Origin: Acidobacteriota bacterium
GTDB taxonomy: Bacteria > Acidobacteriota > Vicinamibacteria > Vicinamibacterales > SCN-69-37
NCBI GenBank assembly: GCA_044507065.1
Contig: JBIQJY010000008.1
Coordinates: 4,441-68,440, forward strand
Direction of reading: 5' to 3'
DNA: 64,000 nucleotides
Made by a program: the position numbers and the translations under genes. A model generated the notes under the pieces. It saw nothing but the letters and a program-made list of their open reading frames with translations, did no database searches and was not told the origin of the DNA. This document shows positions 8,681-18,105 of the stretch, one piece after another; the first letter of the stretch is position 1; each line of letters begins with the position of its first letter.

Positions 8681-9607
8681 CTAATCGTTTTCCTCGTGGG
8701 GCCAGTCGTCCGAACTGGCCGGGTCGAGCTCCCAGCGGTGCCGATCCCTGTCGCTGATCTTGTCGGTGCTGCGCAGCTCTTCGTCGTCCTGATAGTTGAC
8801 GCCGAGCGCCTTCCCGATATCGTCGACGCGGTCCTGATCGGGCGTCGGGTTGTCGCCACCCGGGGCCTCGTCGCCGACCGAGTAGGCGTCGTTCCAGTTC
8901 GCGTCGATATCACCGCCTGTCAATTCGGGGCTCGCGGCGTTGTGCTGCAGAAACTGCTGTTTGAGTTCCTCGCGGCCGGTGCGGGCCGCGGCCGTCACGC
9001 GGTCGTAATCGGCGACTTGCGGCTCGTCGTCGCGGAACTGGCGACGCTCGCGCGTCAGGCCCGGCGGTGTCTGATGTCGCGGTGGCGCCGCCCCTGGCGG
9101 TGCCGTTTGCCTGGCAGGGGAGCTGGCTTTGGGACGCACCAGCCTGGCGGACTTCGCGGCTGGTCGGCGGGCTGAAGAAGCGGCGGGACCGGCTTTCCGA
9201 GCCCCGGTCGACTTCCGGGCCGGAGTTGACTTCCGCGTTGGGGCGGGTTTCCGGACTGACCCCGTCTTGCGGGCATTCTGGGCACCCTTGCGAGGGGTGG
9301 TCCGGGTTGGCGTCTTGCGCGCGGCGGTCCTCGGTGCGGTCTTCGGGGCCGACTTGCGTGCTGTCTTTCGGGGCGGTTTGGCGGCCTTCGCCCGGGCGGG
9401 CGCCTTGCGCTTCGCCGCCTTGGCAGCGGCCGGGCGCCGGGATGCCGCGGCCTTGGCGCGCGCCGACGACCTGGCGGGCGCGGATTTGCGGGCCCGGCTG
9501 GCTGCCGATGTCCGCTTGCGCGGGGCGGAGCCGCGGGGGCGCGCGGCGGGTCGTGTCGAACGGGAGCGCGTGGTTCGAGGCCGGGGTGTCCGTTTTTTTG
9601 CAGCCAT
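8681..9607 (-). CDS. protein with ~180-aa Lys/Arg/Ala/Pro-rich (histone-H1-like) N-terminal region and a small acidic C-terminal domain (DUF6335-like from memory)
   Basis: N-terminus MAAKKRTPRPRTTRSRS..AKAAKRKAPARAKAAKPPRKTARK. C-terminus LTGGDIDANWNDAYSVGDEAPGGDNPTPDQDRVDDIGKALG..RDRHRWELDP. Confidence 0.7.
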   Translation of the reverse strand: MAAKKRTPRPRTTRSRSTRPAARPRGSAPRKRTSAASRARKSAPARSSARAKAAASRRPAAAKAAKRKAPARAKAAKPPRKTARKSAPKTAPRTAARKTPTRTTPRKGAQNARKTGSVRKPAPTRKSTPARKSTGARKAGPAASSARRPAAKSARLVRPKASSPARQTAPPGAAPPRHQTPPGLTRERRQFRDDEPQVADYDRVTAAARTGREELKQQFLQHNAASPELTGGDIDANWNDAYSVGDEAPGGDNPTPDQDRVDDIGKALGVNYQDDEELRSTDKISDRDRHRWELDPASSDDWPHEEND

Positions 9608-9630
9608 TAACCCTGATCCCTTCCGCCCGG

Positions 9631-9660
9631 TTGACCCTGACCCCCTAAGTCGCGGATAAT
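9631..9660 (+). promoter_or_regulatory. candidate sigma70-type promoter for rpsA
   Basis: TTGACC (9631-9636), 18-nt spacer, GATAAT (9655-9660). Lies in a locally AT-richer stretch about 95 nt upstream of ATG 9754. Confidence 0.45.
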
Positions 9661-9753
9661 ATTGTGCTTATCGCTTTCCAGGCGACGAGTACCTACAGCC
9701 CGTCGAAGCTGCGATTCGACACACATCCGACACGTGAGGAGACCGGGACCGAA

Positions 9754-11511
9754 ATGGGCAACGCAGACCTGACCAAGAAAGACAAGAACACTCAAGGAGG
9801 AGTGAAGATTCCACCTGGTTTCTCGACATTCTCCTCATCGCAGGACGGTGAAACCGACCCGCAGGAATATGCACGCTTGCTGGAGTTTTACGATACCAGC
9901 TTCCGCAATCTTGCGGAAGGTGAAGTCGTCAAGGGCACGGTCGTCAAGGTGACGCCGACCGAAGTCGTTGTCGACGTCGGCTTCAAGTCCGAAGGCATCA
10001 TCGCCATCGAAGAGTTCATCGACGAGTCCGGGCAGGTGACGGCACAGCCCGGCGACACCGTCGATGTGCTGCTCGAGCGCACCGAAGATCGCGACGGCTA
10101 CGTCGTCCTCTCGCGCGAAAAAGCCGAGAAGATGAAGATCTGGGACGAGGTCGAGAAGGCCTACCAGGAGAAGAAGGTCGTCATCGGCCGCGTGATCGAA
10201 CGCATCAAGGGTGGTTTGGCCGTCGACATCGGCGTGCGCGCCTTCCTGCCGGGATCGCAGATCGACGTGCGCCCTGTGCGCAACCTCGACGCCCTGCGCG
10301 GGCAGGAACTGCGCATGCGCGTCATCAAGGTCAACAAGAAGCGCGGCAACATCGTGCTCTCGCGCAAGGTCCTCCTCGAGGAGGAGAACGCCGAGAAGAA
10401 GAAGGTGACGCTCGACACGCTTGCCGAGGGCAAGACGATGCGCGGCACGGTGAAGAACCTCACCGACTACGGTGCGTTCATCGACCTCGGCGGCATCGAC
10501 GGCCTGCTGCACATCACCGACATGTCGTGGGGCCGGGTCACGCATCCGTCTGAAGTCGTGCGCGTCGGTGACGAGATCGACGTCATCGTGCTGAAGTACG
10601 ACGCGGCCACCGAGCGTGTCTCGCTCGGCCACAAGCAGCTCGTGCCCGACCCGTGGAGCAACGTCATCGAGCGTTACCCGGTCGGCATCCGCGTGTCGGG
10701 CAAGGTGGTCAGCCTCACCGACTACGGCGCGTTCATCGAGCTCGAGCCGGGCGTCGAAGGCCTCATCCACGTCTCCGAAATGTCGTGGAGCAAGCGCGTC
10801 AAGCACCCGTCGAAGATCCTCAACGTGGGCGACATGGTCGAGGCCATGGTCCTCGGCGTGGATCCGGGCGCGCGGCGCATCTCGCTCGGCCTCAAGCAGG
10901 TCGAAACCAACCCGTGGCACGAGCTGGCGGGCAAGTACCCGATCGGCACGACGATCAACGGCAAGGTGCGCAACCTCACCGAGTTCGGCGCGTTCGTGGA
11001 AGTGGAAGAGGGCATCGACGGCCTGATCCACATCTCCGACATGTCGTGGAGCAAGGTGAAGCATCCGTCCGAAGTGCTCAAGAAGGGTGATGCCGTCGAG
11101 GCGCAGGTGCTCAGCATCGACGCCGAGAACCAGCGTCTGTCGCTGGGCCTCAAGCAGCTGCAGACGGGCATCTGGAAGGAATTCTTCGACGCCCGGAACG
11201 TCGGCGACATCGTCGAGGGCAAGGTGGTGCGGCTGACCAACTTCGGCGCGTTCGTCGAGCTGGCCGACGGCATCGAGGGCCTCATCCACGTCTCGGAGTT
11301 CGACTCGGCGCAGGGCGCCGAGAAGCTGGAGCTGAAGGCCGGCGAGAACTACCAGATGAAGATCATCCGCCTCGTCCCCGAGGAGCGGAAGATTGGTCTC
11401 AGCATCCGCGCACTGAAGGATGCGGAGTTCCGTGCCGACTGGGAAGCCTACGCCGAGACGACGGGGCGTCCGGAAGTGACGCTCGGCGATCACTTCAAGC
11501 ACCTCAAGTAA
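9754..11511 (+). CDS. rpsA: 30S ribosomal protein S1
   Basis: Six S1 repeats (e.g. GTVKNLTDYGAFIDLGGIDGLLHITDMSW). ATG 9754 preceded by GAGGAG. ORF track start 9664 is probably too early. Confidence 0.95.
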   Translation: MGNADLTKKDKNTQGGVKIPPGFSTFSSSQDGETDPQEYARLLEFYDTSFRNLAEGEVVKGTVVKVTPTEVVVDVGFKSEGIIAIEEFIDESGQVTAQPGDTVDVLLERTEDRDGYVVLSREKAEKMKIWDEVEKAYQEKKVVIGRVIERIKGGLAVDIGVRAFLPGSQIDVRPVRNLDALRGQELRMRVIKVNKKRGNIVLSRKVLLEEENAEKKKVTLDTLAEGKTMRGTVKNLTDYGAFIDLGGIDGLLHITDMSWGRVTHPSEVVRVGDEIDVIVLKYDAATERVSLGHKQLVPDPWSNVIERYPVGIRVSGKVVSLTDYGAFIELEPGVEGLIHVSEMSWSKRVKHPSKILNVGDMVEAMVLGVDPGARRISLGLKQVETNPWHELAGKYPIGTTINGKVRNLTEFGAFVEVEEGIDGLIHISDMSWSKVKHPSEVLKKGDAVEAQVLSIDAENQRLSLGLKQLQTGIWKEFFDARNVGDIVEGKVVRLTNFGAFVELADGIEGLIHVSEFDSAQGAEKLELKAGENYQMKIIRLVPEERKIGLSIRALKDAEFRADWEAYAETTGRPEVTLGDHFKHLK

Positions 11512-11607
11512 GGGTGCTGCGGTTCCGAGGCGCCGGGGCTGTCGCGGTTGGTCGGGGATGTCCCGGCCAGCCGCGGCGGTCTCCGGACGCCGTCACTGTC
11601 CTCCCGC

Positions 11608-11949
11608 ATGACTAAAGCCGAGCTGGTCGAAGAAGTCTCCAGGGTGTCGGACCTCACCAAGAAACACTCCGAGGTCATCGTCGACGCCGTATTCCAGAGC
11701 ATCGTGGACGCGCTGCACCGGGGCGAGAAGATCGAGCTGCGTGGATTTGGCAGCTTCCGTCTGCGCCGTCGCGAGTCGCGCAAGGGGCGCAACCCCAAGA
11801 CGGGCGACAAGGTGGACGTGCCGCCCAAGCAGGTGCCATATTTCAAGCCCGGCAAGGAACTGAAAGACCTGATCAACCGGGCTGAAGCGGACACGGCGGC
11901 CCCGTCGATCGCCCTCGAGCCAGGCGATTCCTCCGGCGCCCCCGTCTGA
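11608..11949 (+). CDS. ihfB: HU/IHF-family DNA-binding protein (IHF beta-like)
   Basis: MTKAELVEEV..IVDALHRGEKIELRGFGSFRLRRRESRKGRNPKTGDKVDVPPKQVPYFKPGKEL. Sits downstream of rpsA, as in the classical rpsA-ihfB arrangement. Confidence 0.85.
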   Translation: MTKAELVEEVSRVSDLTKKHSEVIVDAVFQSIVDALHRGEKIELRGFGSFRLRRRESRKGRNPKTGDKVDVPPKQVPYFKPGKELKDLINRAEADTAAPSIALEPGDSSGAPV

Positions 11950-12019
11950 ACGCGTCGTCCTGCCACGCCGCGAGCGCGCGCTGCAGCGCCCCGCGCCGCG
12001 AACCCTCGAGGAAGAGCTG

Positions 12020-12508
12020 ATGGACCGGCTGTGGACTCCGTGGAGGCTGTCTTACGTGACGACCGCAGGCACACCCGCTCCCGAGTGCGTGTTCTGTGAC
12101 GCGCTCGGGCATCCCGACGAACCGCTGCTCGCCTGGATGGGCGAGCGGGCGTTTGTCATCCTCAACAAGTTCCCCTACAACAACGGTCACCTGATGATCG
12201 TGCCCAAGCGGCACGTCGCCCGGCTGTCCGATCTCGACAGCGACGAACTGCTCGAGATCATGCAGCTCAGCCAGGGCGCCGAGCGTGCGCTCGGGGCGGT
12301 GTATGCGCCGCACGGGTTCAATCTCGGCATCAACCTCGGCCGGTCCGCCGGCGCCGGCATCGCCGATCACCTGCACCTGCACGTCGTGCCGCGATGGGAT
12401 GGCGATACGAGTTTCATGACCGTCTTCGGCGAAACGCGGGTGCTGCCCGAAGAGCTGCCCGTGACGGCGACGCGCATCCGCGAGGCACTCGCCGCAATTC
12501 TCACGTAG
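12020..12508 (+). CDS. HIT-family nucleotide hydrolase/phosphorylase
   Basis: Histidine triad HLHLHVVPRW and NKFPYNNGHLMIVPKRH. Confidence 0.85.
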   Translation: MDRLWTPWRLSYVTTAGTPAPECVFCDALGHPDEPLLAWMGERAFVILNKFPYNNGHLMIVPKRHVARLSDLDSDELLEIMQLSQGAERALGAVYAPHGFNLGINLGRSAGAGIADHLHLHVVPRWDGDTSFMTVFGETRVLPEELPVTATRIREALAAILT

Positions 12509-12549
12509 ACGAACGGGCGGGGCGGAACCGGCGTCCCGTCATCGGCGGC

Positions 12550-13713
12550 CTAGAACATCTGCCTGGCGATCGTCATCAGCTGCAGGTTGGACGTGCCTTC
12601 GTAGATCTGCCCGATCTTCGCGTCCCGATAGAGCCGCTCGACCGGTGACGGCCTGACGTAGCCGGCTGCGCCAAGCAGGTTGACGGCCATCGATGCCACG
12701 CGCTCGGCCGTTTCGGAGGCGACCAGCTTGCACATGGCAGCCTCGGTGAGGAACGGCTGCCCGGCTTCGCGCAGCCTGGCGGCGTGGTAGACGGCCAGGC
12801 GTGCGACGTGGATGTCGGTGGCCGCCCGGGCGAGCTGGAACTGCACGGCCTGAAACGCGGCGAGTGGCTGGCCGAACTGGTGGCGCGCGCGCGCGTGTGC
12901 GACGGCGTGCGCGAGCGCGCCATCGGCGAGGCCCACCATCTGCGCGCCGATACCAATCCGGCCCTCGTTGAGCGTCTCCATGGCGACCTTGTAGCCGCGC
13001 CCCACCGGGCCGAGCACCTGATCGTGCGGCACGAAGCAGTCGTCGAGCACGACCTCGCACGTGCTCGACGCGCGGATGCCGAGCTTGTCCTCCTTGCGGC
13101 CCACCGACAGGCCCGCGGCCTCGCGCGGCACGATGAAGCCGGTGATGCCGCGGTGGCCGAGCGCGGGATCGACCGTGGCGAACACGATGAACAGCCCGGC
13201 TTCGCGGGCGTTGGTGATCCAGAGCTTGCGGCCCGACAGCCTGTAGCCGTCGTCGACGGCACGCGCCCGTGTCTGAAGGGCAAAGGCATCGCTGCCCGAT
13301 GCCGCTTCCGAGAGGGCGTAGGCGCCGCACCGACGCGTGGCGAGGTCGGGAAGCCAGCGCTGCTGCTGCCCCGGTGTGCCCCAGCGGAGCAGGGCATTGA
13401 CCACCAGAGTGTTCTGGACGTCGACAACGAGTGCGACGGACGGATCGACGCGCGACAGTTCCTCGACGGCGACGAGCGCGGCGGCAAACCCCCAGCCGAC
13501 GCCGCCGAACGACTCGGGGATGGTCATCCCCATGAGGCCGAGGCCGAACAGGCCGTCGACGACCTCGGACGGCATCTCCGCGCGGGCGTCCATGTCGGCG
13601 GAACGGGGCGCGATGACCTCGGCGGCGAACTGCCTGACGGCCGCCTGAACCATCAGTTCGTCCTGGGTGAGCAGGGCGGCGGCCCCGGGCGTGTGCGACG
13701 TGGGGGCCGTCAT
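12550..13713 (-). CDS. acyl-CoA dehydrogenase
   Basis: ACAD signatures (CGAYALSEAASGSDA, QIYEGTSNLQ). ORF 12550..13770 trimmed to ATG 13713. Confidence 0.9.
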   Translation of the reverse strand: MTAPTSHTPGAAALLTQDELMVQAAVRQFAAEVIAPRSADMDARAEMPSEVVDGLFGLGLMGMTIPESFGGVGWGFAAALVAVEELSRVDPSVALVVDVQNTLVVNALLRWGTPGQQQRWLPDLATRRCGAYALSEAASGSDAFALQTRARAVDDGYRLSGRKLWITNAREAGLFIVFATVDPALGHRGITGFIVPREAAGLSVGRKEDKLGIRASSTCEVVLDDCFVPHDQVLGPVGRGYKVAMETLNEGRIGIGAQMVGLADGALAHAVAHARARHQFGQPLAAFQAVQFQLARAATDIHVARLAVYHAARLREAGQPFLTEAAMCKLVASETAERVASMAVNLLGAAGYVRPSPVERLYRDAKIGQIYEGTSNLQLMTIARQMF

Positions 13714-13768
13714 CGGGCGGATGTTATCATTCCGAAAGCCCTGTCTTTTTCCCGTTTCGCAGGTGTCC

Positions 13769-15802
13769 ATGCCGCAGGCTTTGCCTTTGTCTCGCTACGT
13801 CAGGACCGGCGTCGTGGTGTTGCTGGCCGCGTGTGTCTGGTTCGCAGAGCCGCGCGCACAGGAGCCGCCGCCGGCCGATGAGCCCGCCGCTCCCCAGCAG
13901 CCGGTCTTCCGCGGCGGCGTCGATTCGGTCAGTGTCGACGTCACGGTGACCGACCGCGATGGCCGGCCGGTGACCGACCTGACCGAGGCCGACTTCGAGA
14001 TCCGCGAGGGCGGCGAACTGCAGTCGGTGACCTCGTTCCGTCTCATCGAGACGGGCCAGGGCATCGACGATCCGGCATCCGATCGCGAGATCCTGTCGCT
14101 CTCGGAAGAACGCGCCGAAGCCGCCCGCGTGGAGAACCGCCTCTTCGTGCTGTTTCTCGACGACTATCACGTGCGCCGGGGCAACAGCATGCGCGTACGC
14201 CAGCAGTTGTCCGACTTCCTGCGGCGGCTGACGCGCAACGATCTGGTGGCCATTGCCACGCCGCTCTCGGGCGTGGGCAACATGTCGTTCTCGCGCAATC
14301 ACCTGATGACGTCGAACTCTGTCATGGGGTTCGAGGGCCGGAAGTACGACTACACGCCGCGACATCCCATCGAGTACCGCTACCAGACGCTGCCGCCCGA
14401 GGCGCTCGAGCAGATGCGCAACTCGCTCACGATATCGGCGCTCGAGAGCCTGTCGGAGTACCTCGGCACGCTGCGCGAGGGCCGAAAGACGGTGGTCTAC
14501 GTCAGCGAGGGCATGAGCGGATCGATTCCGTCCGGCACGCGCACGACCGGCTCGTGGGTCGGCAGTCGCCCGCTCGAGCGGGGCCAGTCGCAGATGCAGC
14601 AGTCGATGGACTTCTTCGAGAACAGCAGCCTGCTGGGCGATCTCGAGTCGCGCGTGTTCCGCGCGGCGCAGCGCAACAACGTGGCGATCTACACGGTCGA
14701 TCCGCGCGGGCTGGCGGTGTTCGAGTCGGGCGTCGACGAGAACCTGTCGTCGGAAACCGATCGCCGCATCGTCCGCGAGTCGGTCGACCTGCTGCGCGTC
14801 ATTGCCGAAGAGACCGACGGACGCGCCATCGTCGGCAGCAACGATCCAATCGAAGGCCTGCAGCAGATGGTGCGCGACGCCAGCGTGTACTACCTGCTCA
14901 GCTACACGTCCACGCGCGCCCCGCGCGATGGCCGGTTTCACGAGATCAGCGTGCGGGTGACGCGTCCGGGTGTGCAGGTCCGGGCGCGCAAGGGCTACTG
15001 GGCCTATTCGCCGGAGGACGTGGCCCGGGCGACGGCGCCGGCGCGACCCGAGGCGCCGACCGAAGTGAGCGAGGCGCTGGGCGTCATGCGCAGCACGGAA
15101 TCGCTCGGGCGAACGCGGCCGGTCTCGGTCTGGCTTGGCGCGCTGCAGGGCGTGGCGGAGAAGGCTGCCGTGACGTTTGCGTGGGAAGCCGCGGCGGCCG
15201 CCGACACGCCGGCCGATGTCGTCGACCACGTGTCGATCGTCGCCACGACGCTCGCGGGTGACGAGCTCTACCGGGGGGACATCGAGAAGGCGGGAACGGC
15301 CCGCGGGGGCAGCGTCACCTTCGAGGCGCCCCCGGGGCCGCTGCGCGTGCAGGTCATTCCACACAACGCGCGTGGCACGCGCCTCGACAGTGACGAGGCC
15401 TCGCTCGAGGTGCCGGACTTCACCGGGACCGGGCCGCAGTTGACGACCCCCTTCCTCTACCGGGGCCGGACGGCGCGCGATCTCCAGCAGGTACGTGCCG
15501 CCGAAGATCCGCTGCCCGTCGTGAGTGCCGTCTTCGCGCGCGCCGAACGCATGCTGATCCGGTTCGGGGCGTACGGTGCAGGTGGTCTCGACCCCGCCGT
15601 GAATCTGCGCCTCCTCAACCAGAATGGCGAGCAACTGGCCGTGCTGCCGGCGCCTGCGAAACGCACCGGGGAGGCCGGCGGCTTCTTCGAGGCCGAAATG
15701 GGACTGGGGTCCTTCCCACCGGGCGAATACCTGATCGAGATTGGCGCCGAGCAGGGCGGTGAACAGGCCAGGCGACTTGTCGCGGTGCGCATCACCGGGT
15801 GA
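13769..15802 (+). CDS. secreted VWA domain protein (acidobacterial VWFA-related family, TIGR03436-like)
   Basis: Signal peptide, then FRGGVDSVSVDVTVTDRDGRPVTDLTEADFEIREGG and a VWA-like core. ATG 13769 inside ORF 13667..15802. Confidence 0.8.
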   Translation: MPQALPLSRYVRTGVVVLLAACVWFAEPRAQEPPPADEPAAPQQPVFRGGVDSVSVDVTVTDRDGRPVTDLTEADFEIREGGELQSVTSFRLIETGQGIDDPASDREILSLSEERAEAARVENRLFVLFLDDYHVRRGNSMRVRQQLSDFLRRLTRNDLVAIATPLSGVGNMSFSRNHLMTSNSVMGFEGRKYDYTPRHPIEYRYQTLPPEALEQMRNSLTISALESLSEYLGTLREGRKTVVYVSEGMSGSIPSGTRTTGSWVGSRPLERGQSQMQQSMDFFENSSLLGDLESRVFRAAQRNNVAIYTVDPRGLAVFESGVDENLSSETDRRIVRESVDLLRVIAEETDGRAIVGSNDPIEGLQQMVRDASVYYLLSYTSTRAPRDGRFHEISVRVTRPGVQVRARKGYWAYSPEDVARATAPARPEAPTEVSEALGVMRSTESLGRTRPVSVWLGALQGVAEKAAVTFAWEAAAAADTPADVVDHVSIVATTLAGDELYRGDIEKAGTARGGSVTFEAPPGPLRVQVIPHNARGTRLDSDEASLEVPDFTGTGPQLTTPFLYRGRTARDLQQVRAAEDPLPVVSAVFARAERMLIRFGAYGAGGLDPAVNLRLLNQNGEQLAVLPAPAKRTGEAGGFFEAEMGLGSFPPGEYLIEIGAEQGGEQARRLVAVRITG

Positions 15803-15853
15803 CGGCCCGCGCTCGCCCGTCGGTCGCCGCCGTGTGGTCTATCATGCGGGACC

Positions 15854-17530
15854 ATGAGTGCTGGCGATGAGCAGGACCGCCCGATGACCCGGGCGGACTG
15901 GGAACGCGACATCCTTCAGCCGGCCCGTGCCCGGGCCCCCGAGCGCGCGCCAGCGTTTCACACGTCGTCGGGCCGCCCCATTGCGGTCGTCTACACACCC
16001 GACGACGTCTCCAACCTCGATTACGACCGGGACATCGGCGACCCCGGCACGCACCCATTCACGCGTGGCATCCATGCCACCGGCTACGCCGGCAAAGTCT
16101 GGACGATGCGCCAGTTTGCCGGTTTCGGCACCCCCGAGCAGGCCAACGAACGCTATCGGCAGCTGCTCGCGTCGGGGGCCACCGGCCTCAGCGTGGCCTT
16201 CGACCTGCCGACGCTGATGGGACGCGATCCCGATCATCGGCTGGCGCAGGGCGAAGTCGGCCGCTGCGGCGTGTCGGTGGCGTCGGTGGCAGACATGCTG
16301 GCGTTGTTCGACGAGGTGCCGATCGACCGCGTGTCGATTTCGATGACCATCAATGGGCCGGCTCCGATGGTCCTTGCGTTGTATCTCGCCGCGGCCGAAG
16401 CGCGCGGGATCGAATGGCGCACACTGGCGGGAACGCTGCAGAACGACATCCTGAAGGAGTTCCTGGCGCAGAAGGAGTACATCTACCCGCCGCGTCCGTC
16501 GATGCGCCTCGTGACCGACGTCATCGGCTTCTCCATCGAGCACCTGCCGCGATGGAATCCCGTGTCAATCAGCGGGTACCACATCCGGGAGGCCGGGGCG
16601 ACCGCGCAGCAGGAGTTGTCGCTGACGCTCGCCAACGCCGTGGCTTACGTCTCGCAGGCGATGGCCGCCGGCCTCGACGTCGAGGCGTTTGCGCCGCGGC
16701 TGTCGTTCTTCTTCAATGCGCACAGCGACTTCTTCGAGGAGATTGCGAAGTTCCGCGCGGCGCGCCGCGTCTGGGCCAGCCTGATGCGCGATCGGTTCGG
16801 CGCCACCGGCACGCGCGCCTCTGCGCTCCGCATGCACGCGCAGACATCCGGGGCGTCGCTGACGGCGCAGCAGCCCGCCAACAACGTCGCGAGGACGACG
16901 CTGCAGGCGCTGGCCGCGGTGCTCGGCGGCACCAATTCGCTGCACACCAATGCACTCGACGAAGCGCTGTCGCTGCCGACCGCCGAGGCCGCCACGCTGG
17001 CGCTGCGCACGCAGCAGATTCTCGCGGCCGAAAGCGGCCTGACGTCGACTGTCGATCCGCTGGGCGGGTCCTGGTGGATCGAGCGGCTCACCGACGACAT
17101 GGCGACGCAGGCGATGGCCGACATCGCCGAGATCGATCGAATGGGCGGCATGGTGGCGGCAATCGAGACGGGCTGGCCGCAGCGGCAGATTGCCGAATCG
17201 GCACATCGTGCGCAGGTTGCGCTCGAAGCGCGCGAGCGGATAGTTGTCGGCGTCAACGCCCATGTCGACGGCACGACGGGAGGAGTGCCCACGGCTGCGT
17301 TCGATGACACAGCGGCGGTACGGCAGGCGCAGCGTCTGGCCGCCGTTCGCGCGCGACGCGACGCTGGCCGACTGAACCGCGCGCTGGCCGCGCTCGCCGA
17401 TGCGGCGGCGGGGGAGTCCAACACGATGCCGGCGCTGATCGAGTGTGCCCGCGCGGATGCCACCGTGGGCGAAATGTGCGACGTACTGCGCCGCGTGTGG
17501 GGCGAATACGAAGAGGTCCCCGTTCTGTAG
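15854..17530 (+). CDS. acyl-CoA (methylmalonyl-CoA-type) mutase, catalytic large subunit
   Basis: [55 protein letters not shown] mutase TIM-barrel signatures. Confidence 0.9.
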   Translation: MSAGDEQDRPMTRADWERDILQPARARAPERAPAFHTSSGRPIAVVYTPDDVSNLDYDRDIGDPGTHPFTRGIHATGYAGKVWTMRQFAGFGTPEQANERYRQLLASGATGLSVAFDLPTLMGRDPDHRLAQGEVGRCGVSVASVADMLALFDEVPIDRVSISMTINGPAPMVLALYLAAAEARGIEWRTLAGTLQNDILKEFLAQKEYIYPPRPSMRLVTDVIGFSIEHLPRWNPVSISGYHIREAGATAQQELSLTLANAVAYVSQAMAAGLDVEAFAPRLSFFFNAHSDFFEEIAKFRAARRVWASLMRDRFGATGTRASALRMHAQTSGASLTAQQPANNVARTTLQALAAVLGGTNSLHTNALDEALSLPTAEAATLALRTQQILAAESGLTSTVDPLGGSWWIERLTDDMATQAMADIAEIDRMGGMVAAIETGWPQRQIAESAHRAQVALEARERIVVGVNAHVDGTTGGVPTAAFDDTAAVRQAQRLAAVRARRDAGRLNRALAALADAAAGESNTMPALIECARADATVGEMCDVLRRVWGEYEEVPVL

Positions 17531-17688
17531 GCGACGTGACGATCGCGGCGCCGATTCGCAGGTGCCGCCACAGGATCGTAATCGCCGGCGGGCGGGTCAG
17601 GGGCCGAGCGTCCGTTCGGGCCGCGGTGGTGACGCGGGGCACGCCCCTTGCAATAGAATGGCGACTCCGGGGCACCCGGCTGACGATT

Positions 17689-18096
17689 ATGTCCAGAACG
17701 CGAGTCATCATCGCCAAGCCCGGCCTCGACGGGCACGATCGCGGCGCGAAGGTCATCGCCCGCGCGCTGCGCGACGCCGGCATGGAGGTGATCTACACAG
17801 GATTGCGCCAGACGCCCGAACAGATCGTCGCGGCGGCGCTGCAGGAAGATGCCGATGTCATCGGGTTGTCGATACTGAGCGGCGCCCACATGCACATCTG
17901 TCCGCGGCTGATGGATCTGCTGCACGAGCGCGGTCTCGATCACGTGACGGTCCTGGTCGGCGGCATCATTCCGGATCCCGACGTCCCGAAGCTCGAGGCC
18001 CTCGGAATCCGCGGCGTGTTCCTGCCGGGTACACCGATGCAGGAGATTGTCGATTTCATTAACCGAACGGTGCAGCCGCGCGCCGAAGCCAGCTGA
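17689..18096 (+). CDS. acyl-CoA mutase B12-binding small subunit
   Basis: [34 protein letters not shown] (DxHxxG cobalamin-binding motif). ATG 17689 inside ORF 17443..18096. Confidence 0.9.
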   Translation: MSRTRVIIAKPGLDGHDRGAKVIARALRDAGMEVIYTGLRQTPEQIVAAALQEDADVIGLSILSGAHMHICPRLMDLLHERGLDHVTVLVGGIIPDPDVPKLEALGIRGVFLPGTPMQEIVDFINRTVQPRAEAS

Positions 18097-18105
18097 CGGA
18101 CCAGG

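Noticed and set aside
17531-17688. Possible cobalamin riboswitch ahead of the B12-binding subunit gene.
   Set aside because: No B12-box-like core or conserved GCCACTG-type element is visible. Kept only as a low-interest structured spacer.
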